The position numbers and the translations under genes are program-made. Source: Mayamaea pseudoterrestris (taxonomy: Eukaryota). From it: 64,000 bases of DNA. Numbering within the stretch: position 1 is the stretch's first letter; each line of letters starts with the position of its first letter. The stretch covers positions 1,302,001 through 1,366,000 of the forward strand of contig BROI01000001.1 in assembly GCA_027923505.1 (NCBI GenBank), read 5' to 3'. Of the stretch, positions 11,235 through 21,527 are shown piece by piece. The notes under the pieces are model-generated. The model had not been told where the DNA came from. It ran no database searches and was given only the letters and a program-made list of their open reading frames with translations.

Positions 11235-13488
11235 GGAGTAGAATGGGAGCGAGTGGTGCTTGGAAGAAGAAGTGGTCGCAATGGACGCTTTACTTGTTTC
11301 GCTTTACTTGTATCGCTTTTCATTGCTCCATCACAGGAGCGGCGACGGACATCCCTGGGATTACCTACGGTTACGTACGCGACTATTTTCCTCCTCTTGC
11401 GTTGGTAAGGCAAGGCCAACGCACGAGCCAAGTGAAGGTCGGGAATTGTTTTTTGATCAGTTAATGAGAGTCTTGAAAACAGTGCGTCCTTGTCGACGAG
11501 CACAAGTAATGGACTGGTGATTTTGGATGACGAAAGGACGCGATGTTGATAGTTCGAGTATAACAATGCTTCGCGAGCCAATGGGCAAGGGCCACTGACA
11601 AGCCGCAACTTTGTATCTGTCAAGTTTATCAGCTTGGATAGATGACGAGCAGTCTCATGCTTATGCACCCATCTACACGAATATCTATTGGCTTGTCAAT
11701 GTGCGACAACTTAGCGACAACTTGTGTCGTCCGAATGATACGTCGTCATCCAGGGCATCACGACATTACGTAATGAAGAAAAATGTATTTGACTAAAATA
11801 CCAAAATTAAACTACTATTGCGTGATCTCGTCCGTATTCGCATCACATTGAAAAAAGCAAGCCACGTTCGAGATATATTCAGCCGCACGCCCAACTGATG
11901 CGGCGTCGACAAGATGCGTGTCACCGTGAGCGCAATGTCAAAAAATCACAGAAATGGAAAAGGATGCGCTGTTATAGCAAAAATCGTAGTAGACCATACT
12001 TGTACAAAACGGCGGCGACAAGCAAGCCGCAAAAATCCACCACCGACAACCAAACCATCGCTCAGTCGATTTAGAATGTTTGTTGAGCGACTCGTCCCTC
12101 TCATTTCAGTCCAGCTGCACTAGCATTATCGCGTGTGAAGGCAATGCGAATGCGATGCTCGCAATGGCCTAGCAACTGCAGAGTCGCCGACTGCTGACAA
12201 GCCGCGACAAACCGTTAAAGGCTTGGCATTTGGTTGCTATCGGCCGTAGCCTCAAAGAGACTGAATGTGGTTGGGCTAGCAAAGTCTTGTAGCAACCCTG
12301 AGGATGCGTGGAGATCAGGGTACGTCATGGTGACGGCCTCGCTACCTTGTCAGATGAGCAATCGGTAGCCACAATGGCTTGCAGCTTGAGTGAATGGCTC
12401 GGACGAGCCCTGCAAACGTTGCATGAAAAATATGTAGACCGAACAAGAACCTGTTAAGCTCTGTTAGCAAGTCATGGGCCATGGCCAAGTGAGCAGTTAG
12501 TTCGGCTCGTTGCCCAATGGGCATGCCAAAAGAAGAAAAAAACTTGGGTTCCCACAATTCCCCTCGTGAATGCACGAGCCGGCCGTTGTCAGATCTTTTT
12601 TAGTCTCAAGGGAGGCCTCCGCAACGCAATCGACCATCAGTAGATCTTTTCGCGTTTCTGCTAGCAGAAGTGCCTTTTGAATAGCTGCAGCGTTCCAGTT
12701 CAGCCGACTAAAGACTGACGCGCTGGATGAAACTTGATGAGGCCTCATTTCGGCTGAAGCTTTGCCAAGCGTATCGATCACTTCGGCCATACCGAAAGCC
12801 GTCATCGATCTCTATGCACAGTAGCAAGTAAAAGTCCTTTAGAAAGTTGATTGCTTATTGCTAATAATGTCGACTCAAAGCTCATCGGTTGACGCTGCCT
12901 GACCGCGGGAAGTATTAATGGACATCAGCCTCCCAAACGACAACAAACGTCGTCCTTGACAATTGCCGGCGCAAGCAGGCGCTCGCTTGCTTGTTTGCAG
13001 GCGAGAGATGACATGGATATTCAGTGACCAGTGAGAGTTTCACTCCATTCCATCATTCGCAGCCTCCCTTTTAACGCGCCACTTTTAGAATCCTCGCAGA
13101 TACACCAAAACAAAAATTCGTAAGCTCCTGCCTTCCTTTATAAAACGTGCCAAGCCCGTCCTATAGCCTGTAATTGGAGCGACTACGGTCACTTGAGTGA
13201 GCGAATAGATGTTCCACAAGTATATTCGCGTCAATGACAAGACTCACAGCAACGATCACGCAAAAAAGGCAAGGTACTCGCGCGACGAGACAGTATTTTG
13301 AAGCAATTTCGTCTCTTGTCTTTATGGATGCACTTTTGTTGCAGCATGTTGTTGGTGAAAGACGTGACGCTTCCAGATAGTCGCGGCCAAGAACGCCATT
13401 GACTTAAAAGAATGAAAGAGCATCGCTCATCGCTTGCGAGCACGGCAATAAGCATTAAGCGTGCATGCACCAGCAGCAGCCGCAGCTG

Positions 13489-14736
13489 TCACTCTTGCTG
13501 TGGACCAACGCAATTATCTTGCTCTTTCAATCGTTGATACAATGCCAGCGCCTGACTCGCCATGGACAAGGCCACGGTTGGAATGGACTCTCGCTCCGCT
13601 TTCGACGTGACGGCATATTGATACAAGACTGGACTTCCTCCAGCAAACGGCGAATGCACCAGTCGACGTTTCTTCTGGCGCAATGGATCATGGTTTTCAC
13701 TGTCCGGCCGCTTGGCGCCGGCGGAAACCCACGACTTTGACGCCATGATGAATTCAATGTGCTGCAGCAGCTGCACTTGGATTGGCAACAATTTGGGCTC
13801 GTGGTTGCGCAGATAGTTGGCATATAGTCGTCGCTGATTGTGCGCCCAGCTGGCGAGATTGCGACCGTCGTGCGTCACGTGTGGATCAATGACAAAGTTG
13901 CCATGTGTTTGAAAGTGCAATTGCAAGCCTTGCAGCATGACGTTGAAGCGCTCCTCGTCGCTTCTAATGTCTATCAGCGAGCTATTTGGATCAAGATTGA
14001 CACCAATGGATTGCAGTCGATCAATGCGCGCTTCGGAGAGCATGGACGAAACATATCTTTGACGCTGATGTTTCAACCAATCCTGCAGACTGTGATTCTC
14101 GCACATGTAGCCCGTCGACACATTGAAGGAATTGAATCGTCTACGAAAGTCTACTAGTCCATTGAACATACTGCACCATTGCACATCATCAATGGCATCG
14201 TTCTGTCCCTGCGCTCCCGTCGGATCCAGTTCGAACCCAATCTCCTGCAGCTTTTGAATGCGACACGGCAGCAACGCGGGCGACCGGCCGCGAATGCCGT
14301 TCAAATAATGCTTGCGGTTGTTGCGGACCCACTCGTAGAGGTTCTTGTTGTTCCAGCGATAGCCGCGCGGCACGTTGAGCGAGCCATGGTGGCGTTGTTG
14401 AAAATCCAGCAAGCCTAGCAGCATGCCCATCCAGCGAGCGTCCGAGTCGGTCGTGTCTTCGGGTGTTGCTGTTGCTGTTGTTGCTGCGGCTGGTCGGGGA
14501 AGGACATCCAACCTATTTGAAAATGACTTTTCCTTTATCTCAATGTTAGAAGGACTGCTTGATTTTGGTGTTTGACCGTCAGTAACCTTCGTCTCTGTTG
14601 CTGCTTCGCCATTCGGTTGCTCGCCCTGATCTGAAGCGGCAGCTACTGCAGCAGGTGGAGGTGCGTTCCCATCACTATTGACAGGAGCTACAGGCTCTTC
14701 CCCATCCTGCCTTGCTTCCGTCGAGCTAGTAGACAT
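13489..14736 (-). CDS. Helicase-associated (HA) repeat protein, three repeats
   Basis: Repeats of the form W..M..GL.DF..R....NV.....L..W...QR..Y...L...RI..LQ.IG. The likely ATG (MSTSSTE) is at 14736, just after a CAG acceptor conserved in both copies; the ORF is open to 14805. Confidence 0.85.
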   Translation of the reverse strand: MSTSSTEARQDGEEPVAPVNSDGNAPPPAAVAAASDQGEQPNGEAATETKVTDGQTPKSSSPSNIEIKEKSFSNRLDVLPRPAAATTATATPEDTTDSDARWMGMLLGLLDFQQRHHGSLNVPRGYRWNNKNLYEWVRNNRKHYLNGIRGRSPALLPCRIQKLQEIGFELDPTGAQGQNDAIDDVQWCSMFNGLVDFRRRFNSFNVSTGYMCENHSLQDWLKHQRQRYVSSMLSEARIDRLQSIGVNLDPNSSLIDIRSDEERFNVMLQGLQLHFQTHGNFVIDPHVTHDGRNLASWAHNQRRLYANYLRNHEPKLLPIQVQLLQHIEFIMASKSWVSAGAKRPDSENHDPLRQKKRRLVHSPFAGGSPVLYQYAVTSKAERESIPTVALSMASQALALYQRLKEQDNCVGPQQE

Positions 14737-14779
14737 ACTCCTGGAGGATGCAGGTGAAAAAGTAGCTAGAACGTAATTC

Positions 14780-15035
14780 GCTTGAACGTTGTGAATGGTA
14801 GGCAAGTTACTCTACGGAAGGATGGCGACGCGACGGTCATGTGGTCGCTGACCGTATCAAATGTCTGGGCGGGAACGCTGCGCCCTTTCTGGTGCGATTC
14901 CAATATTGCCCTTCGGGGAAATGACACTTTTTAAAGGCAACAGGGACGCTCAATCTTGCATTGCCCGCCCATGTCGTTCGACTCCGACCCCCCGTCATTG
15001 ACACTTACCTCGAGTGACACGATCGAACATCCGCG
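14780..15035 (-). other. Highly conserved, putatively structured non-coding element in a candidate 5'-UTR intron (15008..14741) of the HA gene
   Basis: 251/256 identical to 50444..50699 with no indels, while the flanks diverge. Nested inverted repeats are present, and a GAG|GTAAGT donor lies at 15008. Confidence 0.55.
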
Positions 15036-16044
15036 CGCAACGAACATGTTCAACATGAGAGAATTGCTGCAGAAAATAAGTACAAATATCCGTATTTGCA
15101 AGCTTACACCAAGCACCAGAGCTAACTTAAACTACTGGGGCATAGAATGAGCGTATTGCTGGCCGCAACTATCGCTAGACGTTGCTCTTTCGAAAAGTAA
15201 AGCAACTGCAAGCTACATTACCGCAGGTGTGAGCCTTGCGCTTGTGAAATAACTGCGCAGAGTAGCGCCTTTGCCTACGAGCTACTCTATAATATATGGT
15301 AGATAGGGCAACAGGTTTATGTATGTAGGCATGCGGTTAGTCACTCGTGAAGGTGTTGCATACAGCATGGTTCTCGACCTCGACTTGGTCGCGTCGCATT
15401 TGTGACTGGAACAAAGCAGGCGACTGAAACAGCTGCTGGTACCTGAGTTGCCATAGCATTGATTCGTTGTCGTTGATGCCAGCACTCATTGCATCGTTTC
15501 ATCAGCAGGTAAGCGATGTCAATAAGAATTCGGAGGATTGCACAAAGCGGTGCTTCTCTCCTGCTCCAGTCGTCACTGCTATTCAACTACGTAGTAAACT
15601 TCTTGGCTACTGCTCCATTTTAGAAAGGCGAAGGACCTGCCGCGCGAAGAATGAGCAGGCGGCGTTTAATGTTTCATTTGGAAGATGAGTGAAAGACTTT
15701 CGCAGAGATCTATTGCCGGCAGTTGAAGTTAGCATCAAGTTCCGGTTACATTTTCCGATATTGAATATTGCTTCACGACCATTGACGTTTCTAGAATATC
15801 AACATGAGTCAAAACAAGAACACGCTGTCGTATGGACATCGATGATACGTTAAAATATCCTATGTAAATGACGATGACTGCTATCATGGTTCGGCCATGT
15901 AGTTTGCTTCCCGGCCGATGCAGGGAGGTTTGCCAAAAATGGAGGCGCGCTGAGTAAGCGCTCACATCACATATTGGCAAGAAGCTGCAATAAACGCAAA
16001 CTACGGACACACCATCTACTTAACTTAACAAGTCACTTACTCTG

Positions 16045-16401
16045 ATGCTCACTACTTCCTGTTCAATCGGCTCGCACTTGGACCTTCTCGTCGTCACTCG
16101 CGACTACGCACCTCGAAAGCCGATGCGGTCCAACGAATGTGCACCTAGCCCACCAAGACGAAAAAATTCGACGAGTAGACAAAGACCGCGAGCCCTTTCG
16201 TATCCAGAAGACAAACCTCCTCGACGACCTCAACGATCGTTCCACAAATTGCACCAGATTGCGCAGGATGGTGTCGGGCGGGGGCAAAACGATGATGGCG
16301 ACAAGGACACGGAGGCGACCGATACGAGCGACAGGAGTGATGGCCTTCAAGATTCCACGAGCTCAATCATTGCATCTGCCTGCGTCGTCCACGTGCCATG
16401 A
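16045..16401 (+). CDS. Small basic Pro/Arg-rich hypothetical protein (PRKPMRS, PPRRPQRS motifs)
   Basis: Start, stop and frame are conserved in the duplicate 51744..52097 (net 3 nt length difference) while the flanks carry many indels. Confidence 0.65.
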   Translation: MLTTSCSIGSHLDLLVVTRDYAPRKPMRSNECAPSPPRRKNSTSRQRPRALSYPEDKPPRRPQRSFHKLHQIAQDGVGRGQNDDGDKDTEATDTSDRSDGLQDSTSSIIASACVVHVP

Positions 16402-17224
16402 CATGTAACGATACTGCGTCAATTTTGAGTTTTGTATACTTTAAGAATTCTTATAGCAATTTGATTCTGCTAAAGCTATCGGAGAGTCATGACTACAATT
16501 GCTGTATCTGATGCTAAATCGACCATCCTTGTAACCTAGAAGTGTATATGCGTATTCAATCTAACTATTAGGAATATGAGCCCGAACATTCTCGAGCGAC
16601 CATCCATCGCCGTTCGCCGATCATCGCCACTTTTTTTGCATGATGACTGCCGCCACCTATGCATCAACTTCCATCTCATCTATCATCCACGTATATTGTG
16701 TTATTGCAGTGCTGTTAGACTTGGACTCTCTGATTCTGTGCCGTATAACTACCGGTATTCGTTTTCATGTTGCAGGTTGAAGGCAGTCTCGAAATCTCGA
16801 CGGCTCGAGAGTCTTGCTCCGTTCTATCATACAATTTTGACGTGGATCTTGACGCCTTGCCATGCGCGCATGGGTGTGTTTGACGCGGACTTAGAAAGAG
16901 ACAACAAATGGTGCAATATACGTAGTTGGCAAGATGTGGTGCATGGCGGCTGCTGTCTGCTAGCAAGGTGATGCTATTCACAATGTAAGCTCGCCCGGCT
17001 CGACAAAAGATCGCGCCGCCAGCCAAAAACACAGAAATGGCTTAACTAACAATCGTCAGTCAGTCTTATCGGTACCAAAATTCCGTCCTGCCTCCAAAAT
17101 TTAAACGCAGCACTCATTTCACAAGACTGCCGATTGCACATACACCTCCAAGCCTTCGGAGTCGTTGCATGTCGAGGGTTTCAAGTATTGAAACAATCCA
17201 CGGTGCATCTGCGATTACGTAACC

Positions 17225-20200
17225 ATGGGTCGAAGCAATCAATCGAACGAACCAGCAGCTGCAACAGCCGCTCTGGATCAACAATCCACTGCGCAGCAGC
17301 AGCCCCGAAAGAAAATGATGAAGTCGGTCGAGTGCAAGCTCGAGCATGGCAATCATGTCGTTGTAGGATCATTGGACGACGAAGACGACGAGACGGAACT
17401 GACTTGGCGATTAGACGCTAACAAGAGTCTGAGTGATTGGGCAGTGATTGTCACCACCAAGGAGACTGGAGCAGTGCAAGTCTACAATGTTCACAAAAAC
17501 TACTTGGCCGTCGGACCACGCAAGTCATTGTACTTTGCGCGCGAGTTTGGCGCGCATGCCAAGAGACTTCAGGAGCAGCAAGAGTTGATCAGACAGCAGG
17601 AACAACAAAAGTTACAGCAGCAACAAAAGACACTGAATGGAAATGCTAACGACAAGAAGGGGATTTTACCAAAGCAATTTGCTTTTCATTCGGGCATTGA
17701 ACCTTGCGAAATGATTACACGGACGCTTCGAAACGATCGCAGAGTGGTGGATGCTGTCGCGCCGTTGAGTCATCAGATGGTGACCAAGCTTGAGCTTGCG
17801 CAACTAGCCGCCGAAGCGTTTCCACAAGTGCTCGACTACATTTACTCGGGAGGCACGAAGCTGGAAGTGAATACACACAATGCGACTGCTCTGCATTACT
17901 TGGCCGACTTGTTTGAAATTAAACCGCTCCGTCGATTCATTCGCAGCTTTTGGCAGCAAGATTTGTGCGTCGAAAACCTTTGCTTGTACTACAAACACGC
18001 CAGCGTCGTTGGTGACGTTCCAGTGCTGCGGCAGGCGCAAGAGTTTTGTGCCCGGCATATTTTTGAAATCCCAGAGGACTATGTGGTGCAAGTTTTGACG
18101 ACGATTGATGCAACCTTTTTCTTTCACGTCATTTCGCATCATGCGGCCATTGGTGGGTCGGACCAACAAGATGACGACGAGCATGACGTCGCTGGCGAGG
18201 AGAAGTCAAGCAAGGCATTGCCGCAAAAGGATACTCGCGCCATTTCGTCCAAGCGACTTAGTCTCATTGTTGCTGTCTACTGCAACATTCATCGGCAGGA
18301 CTTGAACGGTCCGTCGTTTCTTCGGCTGGTCGGTCCGGACATTTTGCCAGAAATTGACTTGAAGGCGGCCAAAGTATTGCTCGAACTCGAGTACTACATT
18401 TGTCGCGACAAGGATAAGCTTACATCGCTCAAGAAGCGATGCATCAAGGTCATGAGCAAAAAGTGGGACCATGTGTGCGTCGATACGAAAGACTTTGACG
18501 TTGTCACGCTGCCAAGGTTGGGCGGTGAAGCACTTGAACGATTTGTTGCAATGAGCTTTACAAATGCCAAAGAGCGCTTATCAACGTTGGATCAAATTTT
18601 TCTCGAGTGGGACAAGGTGCAGGCAGAGTTGCAGCGACTGCGTTCCGAAGTGAGACAGCTTCGCGAGGAAAAGAAGAATTTTTACGGTGAAAACATTTTC
18701 GAAACATATGGCGGTGCCTTGCCAAACTCAACGAAACTGCACAACACGTCGTCGTTCATGCCGACGCATCTTTTAATGAAGGGTCGAGCTTTTACGGACG
18801 TGACTGGAACGTCAACGGCGTCAATGCAAACCAAATCTTCTGCTGCAAATCAGAGTGCTGGATCGATGAAGGGCAAGACGAATGGCTCGTCAAGTGGAAC
18901 CATCAAGCAAACATCATCCTTTATTCACGAAAAAGAAACGCAACAATCTGAGCAAGCCCGAGCAGCGCATTCAAAGCTGCCTCTCAATGAAGATGAAGAT
19001 ACAACGAGACAATTAAAAGGGAGCTCTGTGTTCAGCGGCCACCCGCCAAGCGCAGCCTCATTGTCTGAATATGCCGACTTTGTTCTAAAAAGTATGCCTG
19101 CGCGCGTAGAAGCGATTGAAATGGCAAGAAATCGCCAAAAGGTTGCTCTTTCTGCGTATGAGGAGGCGGTGGCAAAATTGAAGCAGTCTTCAGATGCCCG
19201 CGCAGCTATTGAAGCCCATTCGAGCATGGCAGAATCGTATGCCCAAGCGTCAGTTGATAGTGAAGCGATTCCTGACTGGACAGCGAGCTTTTCTATGGCA
19301 GACTCTGGAGTCCATGCGCCAGTTGCGAGTCAAGCCTCGCCAGAACGTTCGACAAAGGTAAAGATGCTTGCTTCGCTAAACGCAGCGCGCATGGCAACAC
19401 CTGAGCGTTCAACATCTCGGTCGTTGCCGTCAGTATCAGAGTTCCATCCTCATTCGGATCCAGCTCCAAAAGATCCACTGCTAGAATCACCAATAGCATC
19501 TGATTTTACGTCTTATAACGGTTCCATGCCTTCGAATTGCTCAGAAAGAAGAGCCAACAATGTGGAGAGCTTCGGATTTGATCAAACGATTGATGAACTT
19601 GCTCCGCCAATAGCATCGCTCGATGCAGTTTCGGAACAACGAATGTCAAGCCGACAGCGATCGGATCATTTCGAAAGAGCTAGCGCTGCACTTCATGACT
19701 ACGAAGCCAACAGCTTTTCGCACGAGAACAAACACGATTCGCGCAACAATCCTAATCGTAATCTGATGGTGCCCAAGGCTGCTATGGACAGCCCTCACAG
19801 TAGTCGAACAACTCGAGTCAAAAACACGCAAAAGACGGCAGAACCCATGACGCCACCTCCCCAAGCTCGGCTTGTCACGCCGCCATCTCGTCCAGTATCC
19901 ACAGGACGCATGCCGACGGAATCATTTTCGCAAGATTATGCAATGGCGGGCGCACAAAATGTCGTAGAGACACCCTCTCGAACGTCAACCCCATCGAGGC
20001 CTCAGGAGATTCTCAAGGATGCTGCTACTACCGCCAAATCTCTTTTTTCATTCACTAAGAACTACATTAAAACGTCGGCGTCACACTTCACAAACACTCC
20101 GTACGACGACGATGACCATGTTGAGACGGACCAAACGGCGGACAGCTACCTTGGTGGTAGCAATGGCCCAGTTCATGCGAATCACCAGCAATCGTCCACG

Positions 20201-20437
20201 CAACGCGCACCTCCTACAAACGCGACGGACGCCGACGAATTTTCGTCATCGCCCGTGTCGGTGGCAGTGTTTGACGCGGCTCCCTCCGATGAGGCAATGA
20301 CGTTTGACGTTGGATCACTGGTGCAGGCAGCCTACAAGTCTGGACCAGACCGTCGGAAACTACCAGCTTCCAAGTATCAAATGTCAATGGTATCGGCAAC
20401 GACGGCGTCGTCTGTGGCATCCACGTCGAGTTGGTAA
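17225..20437 (+). CDS. BTB/POZ-domain protein (1070 aa) with coiled coil and long Ser-rich tail
   Basis: LSDWAVIV...YNVHKNYLAVGPRKSLYF...AFPQVLDYIYS...ALHYLADLFEI is a BTB fold pattern; intact paralog at 52913..56116. Confidence 0.9.
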   Translation: MGRSNQSNEPAAATAALDQQSTAQQQPRKKMMKSVECKLEHGNHVVVGSLDDEDDETELTWRLDANKSLSDWAVIVTTKETGAVQVYNVHKNYLAVGPRKSLYFAREFGAHAKRLQEQQELIRQQEQQKLQQQQKTLNGNANDKKGILPKQFAFHSGIEPCEMITRTLRNDRRVVDAVAPLSHQMVTKLELAQLAAEAFPQVLDYIYSGGTKLEVNTHNATALHYLADLFEIKPLRRFIRSFWQQDLCVENLCLYYKHASVVGDVPVLRQAQEFCARHIFEIPEDYVVQVLTTIDATFFFHVISHHAAIGGSDQQDDDEHDVAGEEKSSKALPQKDTRAISSKRLSLIVAVYCNIHRQDLNGPSFLRLVGPDILPEIDLKAAKVLLELEYYICRDKDKLTSLKKRCIKVMSKKWDHVCVDTKDFDVVTLPRLGGEALERFVAMSFTNAKERLSTLDQIFLEWDKVQAELQRLRSEVRQLREEKKNFYGENIFETYGGALPNSTKLHNTSSFMPTHLLMKGRAFTDVTGTSTASMQTKSSAANQSAGSMKGKTNGSSSGTIKQTSSFIHEKETQQSEQARAAHSKLPLNEDEDTTRQLKGSSVFSGHPPSAASLSEYADFVLKSMPARVEAIEMARNRQKVALSAYEEAVAKLKQSSDARAAIEAHSSMAESYAQASVDSEAIPDWTASFSMADSGVHAPVASQASPERSTKVKMLASLNAARMATPERSTSRSLPSVSEFHPHSDPAPKDPLLESPIASDFTSYNGSMPSNCSERRANNVESFGFDQTIDELAPPIASLDAVSEQRMSSRQRSDHFERASAALHDYEANSFSHENKHDSRNNPNRNLMVPKAAMDSPHSSRTTRVKNTQKTAEPMTPPPQARLVTPPSRPVSTGRMPTESFSQDYAMAGAQNVVETPSRTSTPSRPQEILKDAATTAKSLFSFTKNYIKTSASHFTNTPYDDDDHVETDQTADSYLGGSNGPVHANHQQSSTQRAPPTNATDADEFSSSPVSVAVFDAAPSDEAMTFDVGSLVQAAYKSGPDRRKLPASKYQMSMVSATTASSVASTSSW

Positions 20438-21154
20438 TTGTGCGAATAATATAGATGTATAGCTTAATGTTGCACTATCAATCATTAGTCATGCTATACG
20501 CATTCGTAGCTGGCACCGCACGAGTTCGATGCGTCTCGCTCGCATGACGGACAAAGACAGTCATAGTTCTCAATCAAAAATTTTAATCTGCCATGATATA
20601 CATTTACTTGTGTTTAATATATGCTTGTTGTTTAAGAGACAGTTGGTCACCCAAGCTGCTAGCTTACTTTTTATGCTCATGGCTGGCGTTTTTCCTTCCT
20701 TGTTGGTTAACATTCCTCGACGTCATTGCAGTCGTCCGTTATTACCTTGTAACAAGTATTCTGACTGCTGTCGCTTTTCGGCGCAAGTACTTGATGTGCC
20801 GCTGATACATTGCCTTGGTTCGTCTTGGCAGTCCAAAGAAGCACCAACCCAATGCACAACAAGGCCGCCATGAGCACGCGATTGAATCCGGGCGAATGTC
20901 CATATTCCAGCAGCCAGTCGACAAAGAGGGAGGCCAAAGAGACGCCGCAGAAGCTTCCAATTCCGAAGCGGCATTCCAGCTGCCAAATCAACGAGTCGAA
21001 CTGATTGTTATGATGGTTGCTTGCATCGTTGCCGGTCGTCGGTGTCATCAATTTCATGAAACTGCGCAAGAGTCTCTTGAGAAGAATGAGAACCGTGCAC
21101 GGAACCAAGGAGGTTGTCAAGGCCCACGCGAAGCTCGTGGCAATCATGAACGAC

Positions 21155-21527
21155 TGTTAGAAAGTACGGTTGTACAATACCAAATAAAGACTCTGCAATT
21201 GCTAACGATACTCGATATTATGACCTTATTCTGCTGCAAACTACCATCGCTCCTCTCGCATCTTCAAGAGGTATCCTCTTCTGCAACTTGCCTCAAGTTG
21301 CACTCAATATAGAGCATAAAGTAGCCATTCGGGCTGACGTTTGCACTTAACCACGTAAGCTTGTAGACTGACGCAAGCTCTTCTTGCAATTCAAGTTGAA
21401 TCGCACCTTGTTGCTTTCTTTGGACCGTTTTGGCTTCTTGCGGGTTACCTCAGTCCACTCATCGTTAGCTAACTCATCCTCATCCTTAAGTCGGTCCGAG
21501 CACCGTGAAGACTTGCTATTCACAACA
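21155..21527 (-). repeat. 3' LTR (373 bp)
   Basis: Plus strand TGTTAGAAAG...TTCACAACA; matches 26582..26954. Confidence 0.97.

Noticed and set aside
12342..12805. Minus-strand ORFs as a gene
   Set aside because: No recognisable domain, and the frame is not preserved in block 2 (although that region is error-prone).
14871..14912. Cobalamin riboswitch-like GGGAA...GGTGCGATTCC on the plus strand
   Set aside because: No CCCCGCAACUGU or B12-box motifs, and the G-U pairing pattern favours the minus strand.
14973..14997. tRNA gene (GTTCGACTC B-box-like T-arm on the plus strand)
   Set aside because: No matching D-arm, anticodon arm or acceptor 5' strand at tRNA spacing; treated as part of the conserved element.
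15001..15012. U1 snRNA 5' end (ACACTTACCT)
   Set aside because: It is the reverse complement of a splice donor; no U1 stem-loops or Sm site follow.
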